The position numbers and the translations under genes are program-made. Under the pieces are notes generated by a model. The model saw nothing but the letters and a program-made list of their open reading frames with translations. It was not told where the DNA came from and did not search any database. A stretch of 64,000 nt of DNA from Mesotaenium endlicherianum (taxonomy: Eukaryota), in NCBI GenBank assembly GCA_009602735.1, contig WELA01001079.1, forward strand, positions 124,001 to 188,000. The letters are read 5' to 3'. Of the stretch, positions 22,201-33,559 are shown piece after piece. Each line of letters starts with the position of its first letter. Position 1 is the first letter of the stretch.

Positions 22201-25200
22201 AGTCATGCCTTTTGGGTTGACTAATGCACCTGCTACAATCATGGGACTCATGAATAGTATCTTCAGACCCTATTTGGACCTGTTTGTGGTGGTATTCTTG
22301 AACGACATCCTGATCTATTCGAAGACCTTGGAAGAGCATGTGGAGCATCTGAGGAAGGTGTTGGAAGTCTTCAGTGATCATAACTTATATAAGAAGATGA
22401 GCAAGTGCAAGATCTGTCTCAAGGAGGTCGAGTTTCTTGGGCACATAGTGGGAGCTGAAGGGGTCAAGCTGGAGCAGAAGAAGGAGCAAGCAGTCAGAGA
22501 TTGGCCGGTGCCTGCTGATATTCATCAACTCAGGACTTTCCTCGGCATGGCAAATTACTATTGACGTTTCATTGAAGGATTTGCCAAGGTGTGTGCACCG
22601 CTGACGGACATGTTGAAGAAGCAGGAGAAGTGGCTATGGGGTGACAAGGACCAGCAAGCCTTCGAGAAGATTAAGGCACCTGTGTTGGCAACTGCAAGTT
22701 TAGAACTTCCTTTCACCATTATCACAGGCGCATCAAACTTTGCAGTGGGGGCCATTCTTCTCCAGGACCAGGACAAGGGATTGCAGCCTGTGGCATACGA
22801 GAGCAGGAAGTTGGTTCCTGCTGAGCAGAATTATGCAGCACACGAGCGGGAAATGTTGGCTATTATCCAGGCTTTGAGGATTTGGCGATGTTATGTGGAC
22901 GGACGGAAGGTGTTCATCAAGACCGACCACAAGAGCTTGGAGAAGTTTATGACGCAACCAACGTTGACACCAAGACAGGCAAGGTGGATGGAATTTCTGC
23001 AACACTTCGACCACAAGATTGAGTATTTACCTGGAAAGATCAACCCTGCAAATGCTTTATCCAGAAGTTGTGACCTTGCAGCTGTCTCGGTTATCAAGGA
23101 GAGTATGGACTTCAAGGAGAAGCTTCGGAGAGGTTATGAGGAGGACCCACGGTTTGTTGATGGTGGAGCAGCTGAGTTCAATGCTAGTATGCAGAAGAAG
23201 GACCGCATATGCTATAATGGTGATTCCAAGAGATTGGTGGTACCTGATATCAAGGAGCTACGAGACTTACTACTTACGAAGCATCATGATTGCTTATATG
23301 CTGGACACTTTGGAAGCGAGAAGACGGCAAGCGTGCTGAAGCGGGAATACTACTGGAGAATTATGGACAAGGACATCGAGGAGTGGACTAGGAGTTGCGA
23401 TGTGTGCCAGAGAAACAAGACACCCAATCAAAAGAAGGGAGGTACATTGCAGCCCCTGCCATTTCCAGAGTATCCTTGGGAGCAGATTGCTATGGACTTC
23501 ATCACGTCATTACCTGTGAGTGGTCGAGGGCACGATGCTCTTTGGGTTGTATGTGATAGACTCAGCAAGATGGCTCACTTCATTCCCATGAAGGAGACTT
23601 GTACGGCAGCAGATGTGACACGGCTATTCTTTGATCATAATTTCAGGCTACATGGGTTGCCAAAGCTGATTGTTTCAGATCGCGATCCAAGATTTACTAG
23701 CAACTTCCGGCGGTCATTGTTTACTTTGATGGGGACCAAGTTGAGTATGAGCACTTCCTATCACCCTCAGACAGACGGGCAAAGTGAGAGGCTCAATAGA
23801 ACTCTGCAAGAGGTGGTTAGGAGTTTCACCATGGAAGACCCTTCAGAGTGGGACAAGAAGCTCCCAGGATTGGAATTTGCCTACAACAACATCATGCAGG
23901 GATCGACCAAGCAGTCACCAGTTGCTATGGTTTATGGAAGAGAAGTATATCATCCAGAAAACATGTTGTTGGAGAAGGCCAAGGAGACTCAGGTTCCTAC
24001 TACACAAGCTTTTATGGAGCAGATGGCCAAGACTTGGGATATGGCGAAGACGTGTATTCGGAAGGCACAGGAAGAGCAAGTCAAGCATGCTAACAAGCAC
24101 AGGAGGGAAGTGACATACCATGTGGGCGACAATGTACTCTTGTCCACAGAGAACCTACCTTTCACAGGCAAGAGGAAACTGCGGGCACTGTTTACAGGTC
24201 CCTTTGTAGTGCTCAAGCAGGTGAATCCAGTGGTCTACAAGTTGGAACTTCCTTCAGGCTGGCGTATCCATGATGTGTTCCATGTCAGTTGTTTGCGGCC
24301 ATACGTGGACCCGAATGAAGGACATCCAGGACGACTACCCACACCGCCACCACCGGTCGAGATTGATGATGTATTGGAGTATGAAGTGGGAGCAATTGTC
24401 GGCAATCGACGAGTCAAGCAAGGTCAACAACTTGTCCAAGAGTATCTGGTCAAGTGGAAAGGATACCATGCGGACGACAACACTTGGGAGCCGGAGGCCA
24501 ACTTGACTCATTGTAAGAGTAAGTTGAGACGTTATCTGTAGAATGCGTCAAGGACGTCGCATCTTGAGGAGGGGGATGATGTAAGGTCATAGGTTTATAA
24601 AGTGCATTTTTGAGTTTCATGAAAGTATACTTTGATTGCATAGTAGTGTGGAATGCATATTTGTGTTCATTTTGATGTAAAGTTCATCGAATATGGTCAA
24701 GTATTGAGAGAGTTATGGATTTCCGAAGATTAGTTTTGAGGTCGGTTGACGACTGTCCTTAATTCGCGGTGAGCGCAACTGTGCGATTGACCGACAGCGT
24801 CGAGCGATCTAGTCCGTTAGAATGAACTCGAACCTTCACGTAAGTTCGGCTGACGCGGAGTGCCGACTAGGTCAATGTACCTGGAAGTTTCGATTTAGCC
24901 TAGCGCGTCTAAGATAGAATATTCTAATAATGTCGATGCATGTATGTAGACGTCAATTCGGCCCCACACGTCAGATTAGACCGATCTGGCTTACTCACGA
25001 ATAATCTGGAAGGGACGATTTGACGAACACTAAGGAAATTCCGTAGCTTCCTCCTAGAGAGGAGCACTCAGGCAGAAAATTATAAATAGGCATAACTTCT
25101 TTGTTTCTTATCAGTTTTCACTTCTGTAAATTTCTACGGGTTTGTAATGACAAGGCCGATCATTCTAGTTTATTTTTGAGCTGTTTCTTGCTACTCAAAA

Positions 25201-25319
25201 TGTTGAGTATTTTTCCTAAGCTTTGTTAGTGATATGCCGTTGCACTCTCTAGTATGATTGCAACTAGGTCCTTTCCTCGTGAGTTACTACGCTTCCACTA
25301 GGGCACTCTGTTCCTTTCA
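19215..25319 (+). mobile_element. Full-length Ty3/Gypsy chromovirus (family B), mutated
   Basis: LTRs 19215-19961 and 24580-25319 (TG...CA); perfect TSD ATAAT (19210-19214, 25320-25324); PBS TGGTACCGGAG 19964-19974; PPT GAGGAGGGGGATGA 24566-24579. Gag with CCHC (CYNCGKLGHLARDC), protease VDSGAS, RT (MPFGLTNAP, FLNDIL), RNase H, integrase (HHCC, MDF, SDRD, HPQTDGQSER, GPF) and chromodomain (YEVGAIV...YLVKWKGY...TWEPEANL). Several stops and frameshifts. Confidence 0.97.
19999..24541 (+). pseudogene. gag-pol of chromovirus family B
   Basis: ORF pieces 19999-20343, 20374-20985, 20928-21935, 22187-22564 and 22589-24541 carry the domains in order GAG-PR-RT-RH-INT-CHD. Confidence 0.95.
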
Positions 25320-25324
25320 ATAAT

Positions 25325-25740
25325 GATTCGCATCTGGTCTCGCAAATTTTTGTAAAATGGCAACGATAGAATCTGGAGCTAGAGGTTGCTTAACATTGTT
25401 AGGTCTCGCGTGTAACCTAGGAGGCTGTGTCTTTGAAGACCTTTATTGCTAGACTCTCTGTAGGGCTAGGCAAATTTGGAAGAGCATGTGTAGTGTGTAT
25501 TGCAGCAGATGTCAAATTAAATTGTGATACCGTAGCTATGGTGTCAATGAGACTAGACATATATAATGCGCAAATTCCTGGCGCTGCAGGTAAATCCTTG
25601 AAGTCATATTTTTTTTGGCAGAAGTTTTGGAACCTCATCCAATAAGTATCATAAGTTTTCAAAGATGATGCGGCTCTGCTGGAGAAGACTGAATCGCACC
25701 TCAATTTGGCTATCGTTTGTAACTCTGGATGCCTGGCAAT
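25325..25740 (-). pseudogene. Tyrosine recombinase N-terminal (SAM-like) half of the PAT-like element
   Basis: SSRAASSLKTYDTYWMRFQNFC...SAAIHTTHALPNLPSPT...VKQPL resembles DIRS YR N-terminal domains and is contiguous with 18700-19214 across the ATAAT TSD. Confidence 0.85.
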
Positions 25741-25889
25741 TATCTGGCCTGCTCACACATAGGGAGGGGCTATTCTTAGCGCTAACATATCACATATAGG
25801 TGCTCCTTTATATCCAAAAGCTGCTACATCGCTACCTGCAGAAAGCACTTCCTCACTATAGCCCACATATTACCACAGGTTTACTGCTC

Positions 25890-27700
25890 GTGTCCAAACT
25901 CCTGGTGCTCGAAACAACAGAGGCCACCAGCTAGCTGCTACTCACAGTGGGACAACTAGAGTACAAACTGCTTCCTCTTTCCTAACATGGTGTATAATAA
26001 ATGGTATCTCTTGGGGGGGAGGGAAGGCAAAGTTATTCTCGCATTTCCACAATATCGTCAAAGCATTTACTGCCTCTGCTTTTGGGTAGGGGTACGCAGA
26101 ACAGAATTTAACAATTTGCCTGTTAGCAGGAGTATCATATCTATCTATGGAATGCGGTCCCCAACAAGCTTCTAACTGCTCAAAATGTACTTTTCTTAAC
26201 ATGTAATCATCCTTTTCTTTTGCATGCAAGATGCTGTTGAGAATATCATTCTGTATGACAGGCATCCAATGTACCTCTAAGTAAATGTTAGCTGTGTTAA
26301 CCAGCTCAAAGATCATCTGACATATAGTGTGAATAACGTCTGCTGTAGATATACCTTGCGTCAGATGTTTCTGGGCCTGTTTGCTGTCCGTCCTGACCAA
26401 CACAGGCTTTCCGTGTAATTGAGCAACATGCGCCTCCAGCTGTAGAAAAACTCTTTCGAGTCGTGGCAACGCACCGTACTCCATACTGGACGTTTCAGGG
26501 ACTTCACCCGTTAAAACGCTTGTGCTAGGTGGTTCTAGCTGATTCATGACTCCCCTCCAGCCTGGTGCTTTTGTAATAGAGTATGATTGAAGAATGACCT
26601 CTGAAGTTGAGTGACCTCTCATGACTACGCCATTGAAATTCTCGAATTGCTCTCTTTCAAGAAGCAACACTGCGTGGCAACCCCATCATGTAAATGTACA
26701 TGTGAGCACCAATCTTGCTTAGTCTTATGCGCATGAAACAAGTGACAAGAAAACGTCCCAACGACCTTCCCAAACGCCAGCTTCATGAAGACTATTTGTC
26801 CTGCGACCGATGCCACTTCTTTGGCAGGAGGTAACTGCTGGTCGTGGTAAGATAACAGGAGTTTGTCTATCTTCCCCAACAATTTCTGTTTTTGATTGTG
26901 GTCCATGTACAGCTTCATACTTCTAGAATCGATGACTCTACCCAGAAATCGCTGAACTTTACCAAAATTAACTAAAATGCCCGCTCCTTCAAAATCCGAC
27001 AGCACCATGGAGACCTGTTCAGCGTGCTCCGTGGGACTTTTACAAGCTACTCAAAAATCATCTAAGTAGGGAATGACCCTCATACCCACTTGTCTCCATT
27101 TTTTAACTTATACTTTCATGACTTGAATGAACACATATGGAGCTGTCACAAGGCCAAAGGAGAGGCTAGTGAACGCATATCTTTTGCCCTCAAATCTGAA
27201 ACCCATATAAGTCAAAAAATCCTTATGCATCTTAAGGTGGTGATAACCAGATTTGAGATCCACCATAGAAAAGTAGGCTCCCGGCTCCTCTACATCCGGT
27301 AGTTTTTGGAGACCTTCATATTTAAATTTAGTTCTTTCCACATGTTTATACACATATCGAAGATCCAAAATAAGTCAAAGTTTTCTTCCCTCCACAACAT
27401 TCTGTGGGGATATGCAAATCGGTGGCTGAGGAGCTGACCATTCAATGGCGGCTCGCTTGTTCAATAGGTCTTGAATGGCATCTCGTGTGAAGTCCGGAAA
27501 CTTCTTGACACCTTGCAAATTTTCTCTAGTATATCTCCGCGGTGCCCCTAATTCATTCCAGTTTCATTTGGTATCCATCTTTGACGATAGATAAAACATA
27601 AGAACTAATGCACCATGTGATCCACCAGTGGTAGTTGTCAGCGAGCCTGTGATCCATGCACACTGTTGTCGCTTGCTAGTCCAATACTTTACCAGCAGCA
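25890..27700 (-). pseudogene. pol of the PAT-like element: RT, RNase H, N6-adenine (Dam-like) methyltransferase
   Basis: RT: LILDLRYV, VDLKSGYHH, LSFGLVTAPYVF, IPYLDDF. RNase H: VLVRTDS, LEVHWMP. MT at about 25890-26215: DDYML...WGPHSIDRYDTPANRQ...AVNALTILW..ENNFAFPP...TLVVPL*AASWWPLL. Stops and frameshifts present. Confidence 0.9.
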
Positions 27701-28014
27701 GCAGGCAAAGGCACTCTGTTGCCAAGAATACAAGCAAGTTCCTCATCAAATCTCGCATTTTGTGGACAAAAAGACGTGTGAGCACAAAGTGTTACGAGAG
27801 GTGTGCTTACTGTCTGTATTCAGACAATCGTATACGAGCGTCATACATGTTGCACAATGAATCCATCTTGCCATCCAATGGAAGACAATCTGAAGGACAC
27901 TAGCCACTTTCGTTGCAGTCCTGGCAATTGCCATTTCATCATTACATCTTTCAAGTGCCAATTGGCCTCGCAGTATGACCAAAAAAGCCAACTGGCCTCG
28001 CACTATGTCTTGCA

Positions 28015-29021
28015 CTAAATCTGCCTAAATTGCGCAGAAGGAGGTGGTCCCATTATAGGGGGTCCCATGGGCGGTTCCATTGGAGATTGGAAATGCTGTA
28101 CCGGTATAGCTCTATTTTCAGGACGACCATCATACCGATTAGGCTGCTGACACTCTGTGGAAAGATGACCATGTATGCCACAATTGTAGCAGTACGCACG
28201 GACCATGCCGTTTTCTTTAGGGCCACTGACCTTGACGAACTTGTCCGGTCTGGGTTTGTACCCTTCCTCTTTCATTTTAGCTTTTTGACTATGGCATAAA
28301 GCGTCTAAGTCTTCCTTCTCTGGATCTTTTCCTTTCGTGATACATTTTTTAATGGCCTCGTTTACTACTGGCCAAGAATATTCCTCCGCCAGCCAGACTT
28401 GCCTCTTGCAAAACTAATCACTGACACAATAGAAGCGAGCAGTGTACCTGTGGTTTCAGTGTCGTTGTTGCCCAAGGCTGCCTGCGCTTGCATCGTCAGT
28501 TCCTCCAGCTCGTTGCAGTATTTGACTTGGACTTTATTGCCTTCTGACAGTTTGCTGATTCCTTCCCTGTCCTTCTCCTCTTTCAGTCGCTTCATCTCTC
28601 GCATAAGCTGGTCCGTCGTGCTGCTGTCCGCTGGTCTCTTGCCTTTGTCCTAAACTTTTTCTGTCAGTGCCTCTAGGATCTGCTGCATCTTATCCATTCT
28701 CTGAGCGACATCGAGTAATTGTGGGTCTGGTGTTTGTTTCTAGATTGCTCGTGCAGCCAGGACCTGGTCCTCGGAGATTTTACGGGCTTCAATTTCGGCC
28801 AAAACTTGCTCTTGTGTGAGACGCAAAAGGACTTCCTTGTCAGCGTCTGGCAGTGATGCAAGGGAAACTTGGGAGCTAGTGCCTTCCTGCGTAACCTTGC
28901 AAGCGTTAAGCGTAGGGTCAGAATCTGCCATGATGAGGTGTGGAGAACTCGCATTATCGGGCGGTAACTTGCCAGAGGCTCGTAAATGCTTTAAGACTCG
29001 AGCCTGAATTCTTGTGGACAT
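28015..29021 (-). pseudogene. gag-like ORF1 of the PAT-like element
   Basis: Collinear ORFs 28740-29021, 28365-28604 and 28015-28275 are coiled-coil-like and end with a zinc knuckle CYNCGIHGHLSTEC. Confidence 0.8.
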
Positions 29022-29063
29022 AGAAGCTCGCTTAATCCGAGGGAGAGTATACGACGGCGGAGA

Positions 29064-29280
29064 GTTCTATCTGCACTTTCACAAACTTCTTCGTCACTGC
29101 AATGAATGGTGAGTATTGTCTTTGAGGATAATAATGTGTGCGAAGTTCTTTGACTTTCACTTTCGATGGTTCGTTAGGATATCTATTTTGGGGAGTTATC
29201 ATAATCATGTGACACTTGTGTGATTGCTTATGTCACAAATCTAGTTTTGCGCCAAGTACTTGTTGCAAAACTTCTATTTG
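29064..29280 (-). repeat. PAT-like split direct repeat A1 (5' terminus)
   Basis: 217-bp direct copy of 18195-18411. Confidence 0.9.
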
Positions 29281-29298
29281 TGAGATGTTAAGATACAG

Positions 29299-30240
29299 TG
29301 TTACGAAATCTATAACTTTGACGGCGCAGCACGCGTGACGCAAGTCACAGCCGCTCAGGTACGAGAAGTCAACGTTGACTCACCGACCAAATGACTTACT
29401 TTTTCATAATCAGCATTGAAAGTCAAAGTCCAAGTCACATGAAAGCGTGACTCTGATAAGTCAAAATTGACACTCAGTGATGGGTAGGGTTTGACAGCCA
29501 AGTGAGCTGAGAAGCTGATCCCCCTAAGACCAGATAACGATCCACACCAACAGATGCCGAGCCAAGTGCCGTTGATGGAGCATCCACCCTGGCAAGATAG
29601 GATGAGCTGTGTGGACTGGCCACCTTAGCTTTGGACCTGTGAGGCAGCTGCCACGACTTGAGCGGCCACGTCAAAGGACACAGACTTGATGGCCACATAG
29701 GCGTCTATGTAGACCGAAAGGCAAGCAGTCACGTGCGACAATCACAAGGCGTGCATGCATCCTAAGTGACGTCGAATTACATAAAATGTCACGAGGGACA
29801 GCTTGCATGCATGTTGACACTCTAACTCAGCATTGATATTCTCGAGGGAAAACGGCGTGTGTGGTGCCTGGGTAAGGCACGAGCCTTGCACGAACTTACC
29901 TCATTCTTGCCCTCACACATTTTCTCAAGAAGGAGAAGGAAGCGCAGGAGCAAAAGGTGAAGACAAGACAAAGCGCAAAGGAGAAGGAGTTCCTAAAGCC
30001 TCCAAGGGCCGACAAGCCACGCTTTTGCCGACGCCTAGGAGATTCTTCTCATTGTACCATAGAAAAGTTGGGAATTTGAAGTTCTCGACAAGACACTTTC
30101 TCGAAAGAAGTAGAGAGCTTGTTGACGAGAATTTGCTAGGAGTTCTAGCACAAATTTGGACCAAACGCCACAAACGGGCAAAAAGCACATAGAATAGTGA
30201 GTGCTGTGTTAGTTTCTAAGGTCTCAGAAGTCTCAATTGC
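29299..30240 (+). mobile_element. Possible LTR fragment of another family
   Basis: Starts TGTTACG, non-coding, with recurrent GTCAA/TTGAC motifs, a GA-rich tract and GTGAGT near the end. Cut by the family A LTR at 30241. No second copy in the window. Confidence 0.3.
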
Positions 30241-33153
30241 TGAAATAAATCGACTCACCAATAGGCGATTAACAATTAATAGAATATGTTTGTATCAGCA
30301 ATTAATCGTTATGGTATATCTGTTCAACTTATTGATCAACAAAAGACCGCACAACTAGCTTAGGCACATTCATAAGTCAAATGCAAGTGAGGAGCATCCA
30401 CCATGCTATCAGTAAAATCACACATAAGCAAGGATACTAAGCAGTTCGAGTAACGACTTCCAACCTTTGATTCAGATGTTCTCTCAGCCGTACAGAGAGA
30501 TGGCCTCGTTTCCAGATGCCGAACTCGAGGTCATAACCTAAGTTATGTACATGGAATGAAGTTACTGTTCAATGGCTAGTGCAATGGCAACACCTACCCG
30601 CGAATTAACCATGTTTATAGGACCTTGGCAAACCAAATTCAGAGCCATCTCCCATCATTCCAAATCGCCATCCACCCAAGGGTGTCAACTGGCCACTCAT
30701 CTAGCATATCGCATAACTAGGTAGTACATTGATACCGAGTACAACAATCAGCTAACTATCAAAGAACGTGTCAATGAGCTGACCAATAGTGGACTTCATC
30801 CTGCAGCTTTCGGCTAAGTCATTATACTGAATAATACTAAATTGTCCAGCAAATTAAGAATTAAGTACAGTTTAATACACTAGGCTTAATTGGCTGTTGT
30901 ATTTAAATGAGTATTATACTACCATAACACTGATTTGTTACAATCCCTCCAACTTATTTTGTTGTCGTTTTGACAACACTAAAGCACTCATTTTAATAAC
31001 AACATAGCAACGCAAATAACAATTTGACAAAAGCATGCGACACACTAGACTACTGATCCACGCATGCAAGTTATGTCCCCGGCGCTCTATCTTCTAGGGA
31101 TTTGGACGTAGACCAGGACCTTGTCCACCTATCAAGTGGCCTTCTGAACCCCTCAGTCCCAGCCCAAGGTGGGTCCATAGGAGAACGCAACAACTGAGCA
31201 GCCTCCCCTTGCACAGTTTGCAAGTTGATGGAAGTCGCTCGTACCTGTGCAATCTGCAAACTGACAGGAAGCACTACAGGGTTGCCAGAAGGATATTGTA
31301 TGACATGAAATGAGGGCACATGCCCTCGGTGCAATGGTGAACCTGGCATCCATATAGCTGCTTCCCTAGGAGCCCTCCTGCCGGCCCTATCTGCCTCAAA
31401 TTTAGCCCCCAAGGGTGGGGTCTTCCCTTGCTACAGCTCCACAGCCAAGTGACGTGCCTCTGTAGCTGCTTGCTGCTGGCTAGTCTCCTCCAGCCGCAAG
31501 GCCCTCTCTGCCACAGATAGTCCAGTCTTCTGCAGGGCAAGAGATTTTGCAGGAGTCTGAAACCTGGCACGACTGGACTCTGCATCTGTATCCCGTTCCT
31601 CTTCATCCTCTTGCTCCTCCGAGACTGCTGGTGTTGACTCTGCCATCTCGTCCAGCTGGACCTAGGCAGAAAATACGCAAATAATTCCCCTATTCTAGCT
31701 TTTGGTGGGGGTTGAAGGCCTTGACTATGCTCAGGTCCTTAACCCATTGCTTGCCTACCCATTTAGTATAAGCATGCTTACCCTTGGAGAAAGAGTATCT
31801 GGCTCTGGTCCTCTTATCCTTCATCTCTTCACTGTAGCACCTCCTTAGCCCATCTAGTCTAGGGTCCCAAGGTGCAATGTGAGGAGGTAGAGAGATGGTG
31901 CCGTCCGATGGGGGGTCAAAGCCATTCTCCAGACTATCAATGTTCATGCCCAACCCGTAGGCTACGTGAAGAAGGCAGGGTTCGTTGTATTTAGTGTGCA
32001 AAGGTACCAGTAGGCTACAAACATCTGCTGGCTGGTCTCCTTGGCGAAGAATTCCTAACTCCTCCTTTCTACCTCATTATACATAGGCTTGAAATTTTGG
32101 AAGGGTGTTACATCTCTCAAGCTATCCGGTAGCATCTGGATCATCCTAATGACTCTCTGAGATCCTACTATTCTTGGTACTGGCCCAGGTGGGTCTTCAA
32201 GACGGATGGTCACGACCTTGGCTTTCTTGGCAATATACCCCACCATCTTGGCATATTCATCGTACAAAAGAAGTTCAGTGTGAACCTTAATTGTAAGGTC
32301 ATAGGTTTATAAAGTGCATTTTTGAGCTCCTTGAAAGTATGTTTTGACTGCATAGAAGCGTAGAGTGTATTTTTGTGGTTATTTTGGTATAAAGTTCATT
32401 GAATTTGGTCAAGTATTGAGAGAGTTACAGATTTCTGAAGTTTAATTAGTTTTGAGGTCGGTTGACTACTGTTCTTAATTCGCGGTGAGCGCGATCGTCG
32501 GATTGACCAACAGCGTTGAGCGATTTGGCCCGTTACAGTGAACTCGAACCTTCACGTAAGTTTGGCTGACGCGGAGTGCCGACTATATTAATTAACCTAG
32601 ACCTTTCGATTTTGCCTAGCGCGCCTAACTTAGTTTATTCTAGATATTTTGATGCATGCATGTGGACGTCAAATGAACCCGACACGTCAGATGAGAAAGA
32701 TCTGGCTTACTCACGAATATTCTGATAAGGAAAATTTAATAACACTTAATAAAATTCTATGCTAAGCGGCCCTCCCGTCTAAAGAAGAGGACTTAGGTCA
32801 ACAAACTATAAATAGGCATAACTACTTCATTTCTTAATAGTTTTCACTTCTGTAAATCTCTACGAGTTTGTAATGACAAGGCCTTTCAACTTCCATCATT
32901 TTTGAGCAATTTCTTGCTACTCAAAATGTTGAGTATTTTACCTAAGCTTTCTTAGTGATATGCCGCTGCACTCTTTAGTATGATTGCAACTAGTTCCTTT
33001 CCTCGCAAGTTACTACGCTTCCACTAGGGCACTTTGCCCCTTTCATCAATATACCTGTCCACAGCCCCCTCCCCCTCCCTTTGCAGGGTCACCGTCTGCT
33101 TTGTTGCTCTATTCTCTTAGGCATACTTCAGTGCCTTCTGTAACATATCAAAT
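30241..33153 (-). mobile_element. 3' portion of Ty3/Gypsy family A: extra ORF, PPT and 3' LTR
   Basis: LTR 30241-30942 is homologous to 6023-6740. A purine tract GTTGGAGGGAT directly precedes it on the minus strand (30943-30953). Collinear minus-strand ORF pieces run 31071-33140, interrupted by a solo LTR and truncated at 33154. Confidence 0.8.
32292..33045 (+). mobile_element. Solo LTR of Gypsy family B
   Basis: TGTAAGGTCATAGG...CCCCTTTCA is homologous to 19215-19961. TSD TTAAT/TCAAT. Removing it restores the host frame (GAVDRYIKVHTELLLYDEYAK). Confidence 0.92.
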
Positions 33154-33559
33154 CCTAGTTTAAAATTTCGACCATACAGGCTGCATGTGCCGCATTGTAC
33201 AAATTTTGTACGCCGTATTCTCGTATGACACAATTTGAGTATACCTCGTTGTCGCTTTGATATTTGTTTTAAAGTGCAGTCGTTTCCTTTAGCACAACAC
33301 TTTTTGTTCGTTCGCCCTAACCAGCTCGGATCCCGATACGTGCCATTTAACACGCTGTCATACAGAATGACATTGAGGGAGTGCACGCGTGTTTGGTGTA
33401 AACGGAGTGTACTCACGATAGATGCCGGCTTAAGTTAGCATTTTGACTATCCGTGAGAAGTAATCGTATCTCTACACTCTGTCTGCCGGGTCGATGCTTC
33501 GTCATGCAAATTAAACTACTCCGTTGCTGTGCATGTTCGTGACATTCGCGCACGTCTGC
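33154..33559. mobile_element. Putative hAT terminus
   Basis: CCTAGTTTAAAATTT at 33154 is the inverted counterpart of AAATTTTTAAGCTAGG at 50481-50496. CG/TACG-rich subterminal sequence follows. Flanks give no TSD. Confidence 0.45.

Larger units (their letters stand above)
17870..29280 (-). mobile_element. DIRS-order tyrosine-recombinase retrotransposon, PAT-like (split direct repeats), decayed
   Basis: Minus-strand order gag, RT, RNase H, methyltransferase, tyrosine recombinase. Terminal repeats arranged A1 (29064-29280), ORFs, B1 (18412-18539), A2 (18195-18411), spacer, B2 (17870-17994). No DDE integrase or protease of its own. Confidence 0.9.

Noticed and set aside
25890..26215. Dam-like methyltransferase plus tyrosine recombinase as a prophage or restriction-modification locus
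   Set aside because: Both lie in a gag-RT-RH element with split direct repeats, the known DIRS/PAT architecture, in spliceosomal-intron DNA.
6023..30942. Two minus-strand family A LTRs as one giant element enclosing LEUNIG
   Set aside because: The PBS and gag lie outside the left LTR and the PPT outside the right LTR, so they belong to separate elements.
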